A stretch of 64,000 nt of DNA from the human T2T-CHM13v2.0 reference genome, Homo sapiens. Positions 15,838 through 28,806 of the stretch are shown in pieces; within the stretch, counting starts at the first letter, position 1, and each line of letters starts with the position of its first letter. The stretch is taken from contig CP068257.2 in assembly GCA_009914755.4 (NCBI GenBank), positions 44,064,001 through 44,128,000 on the forward strand, in the 5' to 3' direction. The notes under the pieces are model-generated. The model saw only the letters and a program-made list of their open reading frames with translations. It was not told the origin of the DNA and made no database searches. Position numbers and translations under genes: made by a program.

Positions 15838-16345
15838 TTTTTATTATTATTATTAGTGTTATACTTTAAGTTTTAGGGTACCTGTGCACAACGTGCAGGT
15901 TTGTTACATATGTATACATGTGCCATGTTGGTGTGCTGCACCCATTAACTCGTCATTTACCATTAGGTATATATCTCCTAATGCTATCCCTCCTGCCTCC
16001 CCCAACCCCACAACAGTCCCTGGTGTGTGATGTTCCCCTTCCTGTGTCCATGTGTTCTCATTGTTCAATTCCCACCTATGAGTGAGAACATGCGGTGTTT
16101 GGTTTTTTGTCCTTGCGATAGTTTGCTGAGAATGATGGTTTCCAGCTTCATCCATGTCCCTAGAAAGGACATGAACTCATCATTTTTTATGGCTGCATAG
16201 TATTCCATGGTGTATATGTGCCACATTTTCTTAATCCAGTCTATCATTGTTGGACACATGCTGCTATAACGACACATGCACACGTATGTTTATTGCGGCA
16301 CTATTCACAATAGCAAAGACTTGGAACCAACCCAAATAACTCTTC
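15838..16345 (-). mobile_element. Young L1 (L1PA-like) 3'-terminal fragment about 400 bp long plus a 90-bp inverted 5' piece, consistent with a twin-priming inversion.
   Basis: A T-rich head (the poly-A on the minus strand) is followed by gggtacctgtgcacaacgtgcaggtttgttacatatgtatacatgtgccatgttggtgtgctgcacccattaactcgtcatttac…. Minus-strand ORFs read …GIALGDIYLMVNDELMGAAHQHGTCIHM and MIDWIKKMWHIYTMEYYAAIKNDEFMSF.GTWMKLETIILSKLSQGQKTKHRMFSLIGGN (the L1 ORF2 C-terminus). At 16256-16345 the plus strand reads ctgctataacgacacatgcacacgtatgtttattgcggcactattcacaatagcaaagacttggaaccaacccaaat, the immediately upstream L1 segment (AALFTIAKTWNQPK) in opposite orientation. Confidence 0.85.
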
Positions 16346-16939
16346 TTTTTTTCTCTGTCTTTCCATACTGTACTGTTTGGAAGGAAGTCATCTTGTGTAG
16401 TGCACACTTAAAGGGTGGAGAGTTGTGCTCTGCCTCACTGAGGATGGAGTGTCTGTATAAATTATTTAGACTAGTATTATCTTGGGAGATTTATCTGCTC
16501 TCACACTTATTTATTTTTCCAATCATTTATTTATTTAAGCATGAACGCATGGATTTAAAAACAATTCTTGGGTTTATAGTTCCATGTTGCATTTTTTTTC
16601 TCTCAAATTGCTCCAGCTTTGCCCATTGGGGGCACTTTCAGTTGGTTCCTGTGTCCCTTTGACATACCCACATCATTGTGTGTGTGTGTTTTGTTTTTAA
16701 GCACCTCTTTCCTTTCTGGTACTACTGAAAGTGATGATGCTCCAGGCTCATTTTGTGTATAGTATTTCCTGCCCTTGTGCTAGGATCAGCCATTTATCCA
16801 AGGAGTCCTGGTTCCTTTTATTGGAGAATAATATAAGAAACCAATATCTAGGTGCTGAATGTATTTGTTGCTCTGGGAGTTTTGTTGCTTTTAGGCCATC
16901 TTAGCTGACAGAGCAAAGGAGATATATGTTTGTATACTA

Positions 16940-17069
16940 ACTAACCTGTATACATGCACATGTCTATAGATATTTCTATATGTAACCATCTGTATCTTTC
17001 TTGAGCTAACCTGTGTGTATATACATCTATAGATATTTCTATATGTAATCATCTGTACATTTCTTGAGC
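16940..17069. repeat. Local tandem duplication of two copies of about 63 bp.
   Basis: taacctgt.tatacat…ctatagatatttctatatgtaaccatctgtatctttcttgagc occurs twice in tandem, with a few mismatches between the copies. Confidence 0.8.
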
Positions 17070-17299
17070 ATTAGTTCATACTGACATTTGTAACTTGAAT
17101 CCATTGCCACACGGATTATTCTAGCCTTCTCCCCTTGCTGGCTTCTCACTCCAACAGTGAGAAACTGGTTTGCACCATCCACTATTGATTTACTTAATTG
17201 TTCACCTTTAGTATACATGTATAGCAGTATGAGGATTGTTATCTTGTACTCCTTGGTAAACAACTTTATCAATTAGAGTACAGTGCTTATGTACTTCAG

Positions 17300-18240
17300 T
17301 GCTTACAGTTCCTTTTTCCTTCAACCTTAGAGATTCTACTCATTTCTAAAATGACTTAGGTCAGCACCTTATTCTCCAACCCCTTTGTTAAGGTTGTTTA
17401 ATATATTTTTAATACAGTTAGATTGTTTTGTCACTTTCCGCATCCTGTCTTGAGATTGGACATCCTAAATGACGTTTTAAAATAAAGTACATACATTAAG
17501 GTTTAATTTTTGTGTTGTAAAGTTCTATGGTTTTTGAGAACTGCTTAATGTCTTGTAGTTATCATTAGAGTATCATACAGGGTAGTTTCACTGACCTAAA
17601 AATCCCCTGTGCTTCATCTCTTTATCTCTGCCCCTGAATCCCTGATAATCACTGATCTGTCAACCATCTCTATAATTTTGCCTTTTCCAGAATGTCATAT
17701 AGTTGGAGTGATACAGTATGTAGCTTTAGTGGTATGCATTTAAAGTTAGTCTGTCTTCATATCTTGATAGTTCATTTCTTTTTATCACTGAATAATATTC
17801 TGTTGTATAAATATACCTTGATTTGTTTATCCATTCACTTATTGAAAGATGTCTTGGTTGCTTCCAGTTTTTGGCAGTTATGAATAAAGCTGCTATAAAC
17901 ATTTGTGTGCAGGTTTTTGTGTGGATATAAATTTTCAATTCATTTGGGCAAATACCAGGGAGCACAATTGCTGGATCATATTGTAAAAGTATGTGTAATT
18001 TATAAGAAACTAGCAAACTCTTTTCCAAAGTGGCTGTACTATTTTGCATTTCCACCAGCAGTGAATGAGATTTCTTGCTGTTCTACATCCTTGCAAACAT
18101 TTAGTATTTTCAGATTTTTTGATATTAATAATTCTAACAGGTGTGAGGTAGTATCTTGTTTTAATATGCAGTTTCCTAATTTTGATGTGTTTAATGTGGT
18201 GAGCCAGTTTTGAAAACTGACTCTTCTGTACCTCTTTCAA
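17300..18240 (-). mobile_element. Old L1 (L1M/L1PB-type) 3' region covering ORF2 C-terminal remnants and the 3' UTR.
   Basis: The plus strand is the reverse complement of the L1 3' end (…ccattcacttattgaaagatgtcttggttgcttccagtttttggcagttatgaataaagctgctataaacatttgtgtgcaggtttttgtgtgg…). Minus-strand ORFs read …HILLQYDPAIVLPGICPNELKIYIHTKTCTQMFIAALFITAKNWKQPR…EWINK..YIYTTEYYS.IKRNEL and …RYYLTPVRI..IKKS.N.KC..GC.…LIHCWW.CKIVQPLWK.V. Confidence 0.75.
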
Positions 18241-18388
18241 GTAAATTTTTACTTTTCCAAATGACTTGTCTCCGAATCTTTACTGACACTGTACACGTTG
18301 GTTTGTGGTCAGCATCTTATTAGCCTGAGCTATTATATACTAATTATGATGATGATTATTATACATTTCTTGTGAGGGTTGCTCTTTC

Positions 18389-18716
18389 TTTCATTTTTTT
18401 TTTTTTCCTATTGAGACAGGGCCTCACTCTGTCACCCAGGCTGGAGTGCAGTGGTGCAATCATGGCTCACTGCAGCCTTTGACTTCCTGGACTGAAGTGA
18501 TCCCCCTGCCACAGCCTCCTGAGTAGTTGGGACCACCTGTACACACCACCATGCCCAGCTAATTAAAGAAAATTATTTGTAGAGGTGTGGTCTCACTGTG
18601 TTGCCCACACATTTGCCACTGTGGTGTTGTGGTCTCAAACTTCTGGGCTCAAGTGATCCTCCTGCTTTGGCCTCCCAAAGTGTTGGGATTACAGGTGTGA
18701 GCCACCTTACCTGGCC
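18389..18716 (-). mobile_element. Alu SINE (older subfamily) in reverse orientation with a perfect 15-bp TSD (gagggttgctctttc).
   Basis: A poly-T head, then gagacagggcctcactctgtcacccaggctggagtgcagtggtgcaatc…gggattacaggtgtgagccacc. gagggttgctctttc is present at 18374-18388 and 18717-18731. Confidence 0.95.
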
Positions 18717-21039
18717 GAGGGTTGCTCTTTCCATGAGTCATTTACACTGAACTATTAATGCCTTTGCAGGAAGCTACAGAGGCCAGCTTCTAGGACCACA
18801 TGGGAATTTTGGGATAAAATGTATTATCTAGACTTTAGGAAATTACTTCCAGTAGTAATGAATTCCAGATTTCAACATGCCACTACTGCTAAAAAGTTGT
18901 GCTTGGTGTCCGTTTATCTTCCAGATAAAGCACCGCCAGCAAGCCCCTTCCTTGGCCTCGCATTCCAGATCTTCTCGCATTGGCTTGTAGGCTCTCTCTC
19001 TAGCTTGACCTACCATTTCTCCCTTTTAGTTGGTTTATGCTCCAGACAAACCGGGATGAGCCGCTGGCCTTGCTCTTGCTTTCCACCTGCTAGGACTGCC
19101 CTTCTGCAGACTGCATAAGCAGTCCTGCCCACACAGCCCCATACAGACACACCTCGTCTGTCCATGCGGAGTTCTTACCTACCCAGGGCCTGCTTTTGAA
19201 TGTTGTCCCTCACTAACGACCACCTCATGAAGGCAGAGTGAGATTTCTTCCTTACTTTGCACATGGTTATGCATGTACCTGACCCTCTTCTTGAGACAGT
19301 GTGGGCTCCCTGAAGATGTGCCTGCACCTGCTGACGCCATGCTCCGCTACTTGCATGGTGCACGAGGGAGCACAGGACAGGCTGCACGCACTCCTTAGAG
19401 CACCTGCCATTCCAGCAGCCTCTCGATGGTGCTGGTGCTGATGAGAATGACGCTGCAGATGTGCAGCCATGTGAGTCTGCTTCATTGTCTCCTCCCAGAA
19501 CTTTCCCAAAGGAGGAGCCAGTGCTGTTGTCTTGGCCCTGCTTCTGATTTCTGTTTTCTTCATTTGCATGCAATATTTTATTGTTGTCTTATGAAAGGGG
19601 CCTGTTGCCAGGACAGCTAGGGGTGGGGTATGTGCAGAGCCACTTGGTCACACTCCAGTTGTGTTCTTCCTTTATTTCAGTTTTGGGGATGGGAGAATAT
19701 AAACGTTGTACACTTCTGTCCTCTTGTTTTGTCTTTCCTCTAAGGGCTAGTAGTTCCCACACACTCTTCTGAATGTACTGCCTATGCTCTGTGTTTTCGT
19801 TCTCTTCAGCGTGGTTGGTTGCGCCTCCATTTCCCTCACTCCTTTGGGGTCTCATCTCTTCTCTCGACTTTAAATACTGGCTGTGCTCTGATGACTCTTG
19901 CTCTGGGACTCTCCCATCAACTCCAGACTAATTTGTCTCAGTGCCTATTTGACATTTCCATTTGCAAGTCTAATAAGCATTTGAGACTGAATATGTCCAA
20001 AACTGAACTCTTGACCATTCCAGGACAGCTCCTTTTTCTGGTTGCTTAGGCCAAAAGCCTTGGTGCCACACTGGGTTCTACGTCTCTTAACCCTTAGTCC
20101 CATCCTCTAGGAAACCTGTTTCAGGGAACACACACACACACACATGCATATGCAGAGTCACAATGATGAAGCTCACATTACAAGGTATTCATAGACTTAA
20201 AGGAAAAACTACAGATAAGATTATACATTTGAAAATCATATAACTTGAAAGGGATTAATATCAAAGATCTAGAAAGAATAAGCATATAATAGATAAAAGG
20301 CTGTAAAATGACAAGTCAAATTGAAGAAGCCAGAAAGGATATAAGTATATGAAAACTTCATTTTTGAGATGAATCCATGAAATGTGAATTAAAACAGTGA
20401 GATACCATTTCACATTCATCAGCTTGGCAGGCATGAAGTCAGTTAATATGTACTGGTGAGATGTGGGGACCTTGCTCTTGGGAGTGCACATTTTTATAAC
20501 CACTTTGGAGACTATTTTGGAGGCACGTTTTCAGGTAAAGTTGAAAATGTGCACATAATATGACCCACCGATGCCATTTTCAGGCATTTGCTCTAGAAGA
20601 ACTAGTGGATGCCCATGGATATGGGCCTATGGTGTTTGTAAGAGCAAAACACGGTTTAACTGTTCTCAGGAAGGGGAACTGGACATTTGTTTTATTCACA
20701 TAGTCAAAAACTATTCAACATTAAAATGAATGAATTAAATCTATGGGTATCAAAATGGATAAATCTCAGTAACAGTGTTAACAAAGCAGGTTGCAAAAGG
20801 ATAAGTGCAGTTTGGTATTGTTTTTGGATATGCACGTGGCTGGTGAAGATATGTACACGTGAATGTGAGTACTGATTTGCCATCTCTAGATTATATGGTT
20901 TCCTTCCTATACAGAGGGGTATCAGTGGAGTATAGGGCTTCGGTGGTATCTGCAAGCATTTTTAAAAGAGATCCAAAGCAAATCAAAATGTTGACAACTT
21001 TTTAATCTTCCTGGTAAGTATATCGATGTCTATTATGTT

Positions 21040-24000
21040 TATTTTTTGAATTGAGGTATAATTTGCATACCATAAAATCTACCCATTAAAGCGTACAAGT
21101 GAGTAGTTTTTGGTATTAATATATTTACAGAGTTGTGTAAGTATTATCACTAATTTCAGAACATTCTTTATACCCTGAAAATAATCCCATGTACATTATC
21201 AGTCACTCTCCATTCTTTCCTTCCCTGAGAAATGGGAATGAAAATGCCAGAGTGTTTTCCAAATTGGCTGCATCATTTTGCATTCCTGCCAGCAATTTAT
21301 GAGTGTTAACAATTTTGCATGTCTTCACCAGCACTTGTTATTGTCTGTCTTTTTGATTATTACCGTTCTAGTGAATGTGAAGTAGTATATCAGTGTTATT
21401 TTGATTGGCATTTATTTCCCTGATGACTGATGATGTTGGAAAGCTTTTCATGTGCTTACTGGCCATTTGCATATATTTTCTGGGGAAATGTGTATTCAAA
21501 TCATTTTCCCATTTTTTAAGTGAGTCATGTTTTTATTGTTCTAGGAATTCTTTTTTATATTCTGGATACTAGTTCCTTATTAGATTTGCCAAATTTTCCC
21601 CTTGTTCTGTGGGTTGACTTTTTACTTTTTTGATCATGTCCTTGCAAGCATAAAAGTTTTTAATTTTAAGCCCAATTTATTTATTTTTTCTTTCATTGCT
21701 TATACTTTTGGTATCATATCTAGGAAACCACTGCCTAATCCAAGGTCACATTTTCATATTTTTCACGTTTTATTCTAAGAGCTTCAATAGGTTTAGTCCT
21801 TAGGTCTTTGATTCATTTTGAATTAATTTTCGTATATAGTATGAAATAGGGTTCCAGATTCATTCTTTAGCATGTGGATATTCAATTGTCCCAGCACACT
21901 GGGACAATTATTAAAATGAATAGTGTTTCTCCATTGAATTGTCTTGGCAGTCTTAGTCAAAACCAGTTGACTATAAATGTAAGGGTTAATTTGTTGATTT
22001 CCATATCTATATATGGGGAGGGAGAGAGAATATATCTACATCATTATACCCTGAATTAGTCTGCTAGGGCTGCCATAACAACATACTACACTGAATGGTT
22101 TAAACAGCAGAAATGTATTTTCTCATAGTTTTAGAAGCCAGAGGTCTAAAATCAAAGTGTTGGCAGCTTTGGTTTCTTCTGGGGACTCTCTCCTTGGTTT
22201 GGAGATGACATCTTCTTGCTGTGTCTTCACTGTTCTTTTGCTGTAAGGATACCAGTCCTCTTCTTGTAAGGACACTAGTTCTTTTGGATTAGGGCCCCAC
22301 CCTTATGATCTCATTTAATCCTAATTATTAATACCTCTTTAAAATCCCTGTGTTTAAATATAGTGATTTGGGGGATTAGGTCTTCAACACATGGGTTTTG
22401 TGGGGATACAGTTCAGTCCAGAACATGCCCATATAACAATGTATTGAGTGCTGTAGCTTTGTAGTAAGTTTTCAAATTGGGAAATGTGAGTCTTCTGACT
22501 TTGTTTTTCTTTTTTAAGATTGTTTTGGCTATTCTGAGTCCCTTGAGTTTTCATATGAATTTTAGAATCAGCTTGTCAATTTCTGTCAGAAAGTTGGCTG
22601 GGATTTTTATAGAGATTGCATTGAATTTGTAGATTAGTTTAGGACATATTGCCATCTTAATAATATTACATTGAACATAGGATGTTTTTCTATTTATTTA
22701 GGTTTTGTTTAATTCCTTTCCCTTTCTTGTAGTTTTTGGTGTATAAGTCTTGCATTTTTAAAAAATTAAATCTATTCCTAAGTTTTTTATTATTTTTGCT
22801 GCTATTACGAATGGATTTTTTAAAATTTTATTTTTGGATTGTTCATTGCTAGTGTACAGAAATACAATTACTTTTTGTATATTGATCCCTGCCACCTTGT
22901 TGAACTTTATTATACTAGTTTTTTAGTGGATTTCTTAGTATTTTCTATATACAATATCATGTCATCTCCAAATAGAGATATTTGTATTTTTCCTTTTCAG
23001 TCTGGATGCCCTGTATTTCTTTTTCTTGCCTAATTGTCCTGGCTAAAACCTCCAATACAGCGTTGATTGTACTGGCAAGGGCAGGCATCCTTGTCCTGTT
23101 TCTCATCTTAGGGGAAAAGCTTTCAATCTTTTACTATTGTTCATGATGTTAGCTGCGAGTTTTTCATAGATATCCATTATTAAGTTAATAAAGCTTCCTT
23201 TTATTCCTAGTTTTTTTGAGTGTTTTTATCATTAGATATATTGAAATTTGTCAAATGCTTTTTCTGTGTCTACTGAGATGATCATGTGGTTTTTGTCCTT
23301 TATTCCATTAATATGATGTATTGCATTGATCGATTTTTGGATATTAAGCCAACTTTGCATTTTGGGGATAAACCCCACTTGATTATAGTGTGTAATCTTT
23401 TTTATATATTGTTAGATTTGGTTTGCTAATATTTTTGTTGTGATGTTTTACATGTGTATTCATAAGAGACATTGGTCTTTGGTTTTCTCTTGATGTCTTT
23501 GTTTGGGTTTGGTATTGGGCTAATACTGGCCTCATAAAATGAGTTGGGAAGTATCCTTTTCTTGTCTGTAATTTTGAAAGAGTTTGTGAGGGGTTGTTGT
23601 TAATTCTTACTTAAATGTTTGGCAGAATACAGTAGTAATGCCATCTGATCCTGGACTTTTCCTTGTGGAAAGTTTTTTGGTTACTAAACCTCTTCACTTG
23701 TTTTAGGTTTGTTCAGATTTCTCTTTTATCTAGAGTCAGTTTCTGTAGTTTCTGTGTGTTTCTAGGAATTTGTTCATCTAGGCTTTTTGTTGATATAAAA
23801 TTGTTTATAGTATTTTCTTATAATCCTTTTTATTTCTGCAAGGTTGGTTGTGATGTCTCCTCTTTCATTCCTAATTTTAATAATTTGAGTCTTCTCTCCT
23901 TTTTTTTTTTTGCTAGTCTAGGTGAAGATTTGTCAATTTTTTGATCTTTTCAAGAAACTAACTTTTGGTTTTGTTTTCTATTCTGTTTAATTTCTATTTA

Positions 24001-24120
24001 ATTTCTATTTCTATTTAGTTTCTTGTTGCCATAGTATTTGTTGTTTCCTTCCTTCTGCTTGCTTTGGGTTTAGTTTTCTCTTGTTTTACTAATTTCTTAA
24101 GATGGAAGTTTAGGTTATCG
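21040..24120 (-). mobile_element. Old L1 (L1M-type) 3' UTR and ORF2 remnant of about 3 kb, split by a nested DNA-transposon-like element at 22063-22435.
   Basis: The plus strand is the reverse complement of the L1M consensus. It has the 3' end motif …ttgaattgaggtataatttgcataccataaaatctacccattaaagcgtacaa…, then …ccagcaatttatgagtgttaacaattttgcatgtc…ttctggatactagttccttattagat…, and after the insertion …tgtagctttgtagtaagttttcaaattggg…agaatcagcttgtcaatttctgtcagaaagttggctgggatttt…gttcattgctagtgtacagaaatacaattactttttgtatattgatcc…. Confidence 0.7.
22063..22435 (+). mobile_element. Nested MER-type non-autonomous DNA-transposon-like repeat; the exact family is uncertain.
   Basis: tagggctgccataacaacatactacactgaatggtttaaacagcagaaatgtattttctcatagttttagaagccagaggtctaaaatcaaagtgttggcagc…ccttatgatctcatttaatcctaatt…ggtcttcaacacatgggttttgtgggg parallels a common human repeat consensus (…gctgccataacaaa.taccacagactgggtggcttaaacaacagaaatttatt…cagttctggaggctagaagtccaagatcaaggtg…). 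It sits inside the L1. Confidence 0.55.
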
Positions 24121-25127
24121 AATTGAGATCTTGCCTCTTTTTTAAAGGTAGGTGTTTACAGCTTCGAAAGACTCCTGTCCTGTTCTGCCGCTTCCATGCC
24201 AGCCAGGCTGCTGGTTCTCATTGATTGCTGGGCTCTTGGTTTTCAAGGCTTGGATGCAGCTCGGGGGAAGGGGATGGAAGTAGGGTAAGTTAAAATGCCA
24301 CAATGCTCACTGTTCTTACCAAGGTCCAGTTGTTTTTCTTGAATCAGTGATCCTTGGATTGCTGCAAGCCTTTGATGAATTTCCAGAGCTCTTAAAAAGT
24401 TAATTGTGACAATTTTGCCAGGGTTCTCATTGCTTTTATGGAGAGGTAAGCTGTTAGTGGTTATTACTCTGCCATTCTCACAGATGCCATCTGCGTCCTA
24501 TGTTTTATAATGAACACTTTTCAAAAAATGAATGTGATTGCCACAGGATATTTTATGAAAATTGATGAATGGCTTCTAAATGTCACAAGGGGATAAAAGC
24601 ATAAGACTGGCCAACAGTTTGGAAAAGAACAGCAGTGGAGAGCTGCCTATTCATCTGATATCAAGATGCTCTGTAAAATAAAGGAGTGGAAACAGTGTGG
24701 GACTTGTGCTAAGCAGGGCCAAGCAGCAAATCTAGAGCCCAGCTAATGGGACGGGAGGTCAGTGTGTGAGAAATTTCCGTCTTGGGTTAACCCTGGCCTG
24801 GCTGAATTCGGGGAACAAGCCATGTTGTGTGATTAGCTCAGCTGTATCTGGCTGACCGTTCGTAATCCTCACCCTGCAATAAGGTTGGCTTTACCTCAGA
24901 ATTAGAGCTGAGGCAGTTTGGGAAGGGGCTTCTCAGTGGATGCGAGTGACTTGGGGCCGCTCTTGGGGATGAAGGACAGAACAGCAAGTGTTCTCAGGGA
25001 GGCTAGAGGGGCCATCACTGAGAGAGTTAAAAGAAGACAACTGAGGAACTGAGAAGTGAGAACAAGCCATACCCGGTGGCAGGAAATGTGTGCAGAGGGT
25101 TTTTAGTGTGTCTTCTCCAAGACATAC

Positions 25128-25497
25128 TGATATGGTTAGGCTTTGTGTCCTCACTCAGATCTCATCTTGAATTGTAATCTCCATTACCCAAAATCCACAC
25201 ATGTCAAGGGCAGGACCAGGTGGAGGTAACTGGATCATGGGGGTGATTTTCCCCATGCTGTTCTCGTGATAGTGAGTGAGTCTCACGAGATCTGATGGTT
25301 TTATAAGCATCTGGCACTTCTCCATCCTGCCACTCTGTTAAGAAGGTGCCTGCTTCTCCTTTGCCTTCTGCCGTGATTGTAAGTTTCCTGAGGCCTCCCC
25401 AGCATTGTGGAACTGTGAGTCAATTAAACTTCTTTTCTTTATAAATTACCCAGTCTCAGGTATTTCTTCATAGCAGTGTGAGAATGGACTAATACAC
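25128..25497 (+). mobile_element. MaLR LTR of THE1/MST type, followed by about 270 bp of likely MaLR internal sequence (25498-25770).
   Basis: tgatatggttaggctttgtgtcctcac…atctcatcttgaattgtaatc…tgggggtgattttccccatgctgttctcgtgatagtgagtgagtctcacgagatctgatggttttataag…ccttctgccgtgattgtaag…ggcctccccagc..tgtggaactgtgagtcaattaaacttcttttctttataaattacccagtctcaggtatttcttcatagcagtgtgagaatggactaatacac. Confidence 0.8.
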
Positions 25498-25774
25498 ATA
25501 CTAAGTCATGAACACCAAATCTGGAAACTAAAAGATTGCCAGATTTTTGAACCTCTATAGGCAAAATCATTACCCACCAAATTCCAGGGTCAGTAAGAGG
25601 AAGTGGAAACCTGTTCTGGCCTGAGGGACAAGTAGAGAAGGCACCTCCAGATGACTTGCCAGAGATAAGCCAGCAGGACAATTGCAAAGGTCTTTAACAT
25701 CCACCAGTCCTTTATGCCTAAAGAGGAATACTCAGTGCTGCTTGTACTTTATTTAGGGCTCAATATGTTAAAAA

Positions 25775-26225
25775 TATTATACTCGAGTTCTGGGATACAT
25801 GTGCAGAACATGCAGGTTTGTTACATAGGTATACGTCTGCCATGGTGGTTTGCTGCACCCATCAACCTGTCATCTACATCAGGTATTTCTCCTAATGCTA
25901 TCCCTCCCCTTACCCCCGACCCCCTGACAGGCCCCAGTGTGTGATGTTCCCCTCCCTGTGCCTATATGTTCTCATTGTTCAACTCCCACTTATGAGTGAG
26001 AACATGCAGTGTTTGGTTTTCTGTTCCTGTGTTAGTTTGCTGAGAATGATGGTTTCCAGCTTCATCCATGTCCCTGCAAAGGACATGAACTCATTCTTTT
26101 TTATGGCTGCATAGTATTCCATGGTATATATGTGCCACATTTTCTTTATCCAGTCTATCAAACCTGCATGTTCTGCACATATATCTCAGAACTTGAGTAT
26201 AATAAAAAAGTAATAAAAAAAGAAT
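25775..26225 (-). mobile_element. L1 (L1PA-like) 3'-end fragment of about 385 bp in minus orientation, abutting a 55-bp plus-oriented copy of the extreme L1 3' end with an A-rich tail (26161-26225).
   Basis: The minus piece is …tattatactcgagttctgggatacatgtgcagaacatgcaggtttgttacataggtatacg…ccagtctatca, and a minus ORF reads MIDWIKKMWHIYTMEYYAAIKKNEFMSFAGTWMKLETIILSKLTQEQKTKHCMFSLISGS. The plus piece is aacctgcatgttctgcacatatatctcagaacttgagtataataaaaaagtaataaaaaaa. The two terminal copies form an inverted repeat. Confidence 0.8.
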
Positions 26226-26749
26226 CAATTTTTAAAAACAATTTAAGCAGTGTGAGTAAATTATTCTTTTAAATGCCTTAGCAGTAAAAGTATTCAGAAA
26301 TACAATAATTGTAAAATTTATTACTACATTTGGAGTTTTGAAAACACCTTCACTGTAGTTTAATTCTCCATCACCTCTGTACCTTTACTCTTGTAGGGTT
26401 GCAATGGTTTTGACAGATGCTTCTCTTACCTCTCTGGTGCAGATAACGTCCAGCAGCTCAGCACTTGCACACTGACCAGGAGGGTGCAGGCTTCATGTTT
26501 TAGACCAGTTAGTCTGGGACAGGTGACTTGGTTGCATGTTCTAAGATGATTTGGACCTTGACTTCAACGTGAGCTCCTGCTTCAAACTTAAACAAGAATA
26601 TTACTTATTCTCTCCAATGCCAGGATGGCCATAGCTTGGCTGGGTGTGGGGGCCCTTTCAGCTGCCACTTTGTGCTGCCCTGTGCTGCCCCAGATGTTTG
26701 AAGGTACCTTGCTTTCTGGTCAGAACATTCTGTGTGTCAGGCCCTCTGA

Positions 26750-27211
<462 letters not shown>

Positions 27212-28411
27212 TCACAATGATTTCCACAGCTCCTGACCCCAATTTAATTATTATTAAATGACTTATTATTAGGTTCATTTTAAAGTTATTCTAATATTAA
27301 AGACACCAGAATTTCTTATCTAAATGTATTTGCTTAAATTTGTTGAGCTTTGGCCAGAAGCTACTGGTACCACTTTATTTTCATTCTCCGTGTGCTCCAT
27401 TTGGTCCACTTTGTCACTTTCCTGTCGAATTTCACAGAGGTCCATAGACAGGGAGGGGACTGAGTCTTACTGTTGATGAAGCAAATGTATGTGCATTGTT
27501 CTTTGACGATCTCATCTGCATGTATTTTGAGAAGGCTGATAAGATAGAATTTTGGCAAGAAATCACAGAAACTGGAGTCACTTTGCGTGTCTCAGAGGAC
27601 TACTGTAGGGAAGCAAGCTTCTGGGGGCTCTTTGTTCAAGTATATGAGAAGCTCTAAAAATATTTATGCACTTTGGCTGAAAATTCTGTTCTTACGGCTT
27701 TATCTTCAGGAGATAATCGGATAAGCACTAAATTTATGTACAGAGTATGTTCACTACAGCAGTAATTTAAATAATTAACAATTGGAAGCAACCCAAATAC
27801 CCAGTAATAAAGGATTTAGTAAATCAGTTATTGTACTTCACAACACAATGAGATATTAGAAAGCAATTAGCGTTTATAGGAATGATCCATGACATGAAAA
27901 AAATGTACCCAGTATACTGGCACCTAAGTCAGTAATGTATGTAAAAATGGCCTATGTGACATAAAATGTAAGTGGATATATGTTTGCATGTGTATGTGTG
28001 TGTAGAGGTACAACCAAAGGCTTACAGCACCTGTCTCTGAGAGCTGAGGTCACTCTGCTATTTGTTTTCACACATTTCTGAATTTTCTAAGTTTTCCTAA
28101 ATGAATGTATATCACTTTTATGCTCATAGGATAAATAATATCTATTTTTATTGTTGGAGAAGAATTATGTGAATATTAACCTGATCTTTGAAATGCAGAA
28201 GTTTTTTTTTAAGCATAAAAGCAATCCATACAATCTTAAATAATAGAGATTTTCATAGACAAATTTCTTTGACTATTAACAAATATTGTTAAAAGGCTAA
28301 AAACAAGCTGTTATAAATATTTTCTACAAATACTACAGATACAGATTTACTACACTTTCTTAGCAAAAATGTGATCTCATTTTTGTTTTAAAAATGTATA
28401 TAGGTAAATGT

Positions 28412-28806
<395 letters not shown>

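Noticed and set aside
15904-16283. L1 ORF2-like ORFs (83 aa and 72 aa on the minus strand; also 25979-26161 and 62488-62772) as candidate reverse-transcriptase genes
   Set aside because: These are short C-terminal remnants of 5'-truncated L1 insertions. They carry no endonuclease or RT domains and are interrupted by stops, so they are not functional coding regions.
19960-20100. Short stretch resembling an ancient SINE/MIR-like family (…tccaaaactgaactcttgaccattcc…ccaaaagccttggtgccacactgggttctac…)
   Set aside because: The similarity to a consensus I remember is suggestive but too short and diverged to call without RepeatMasker, so it is not listed as a feature.
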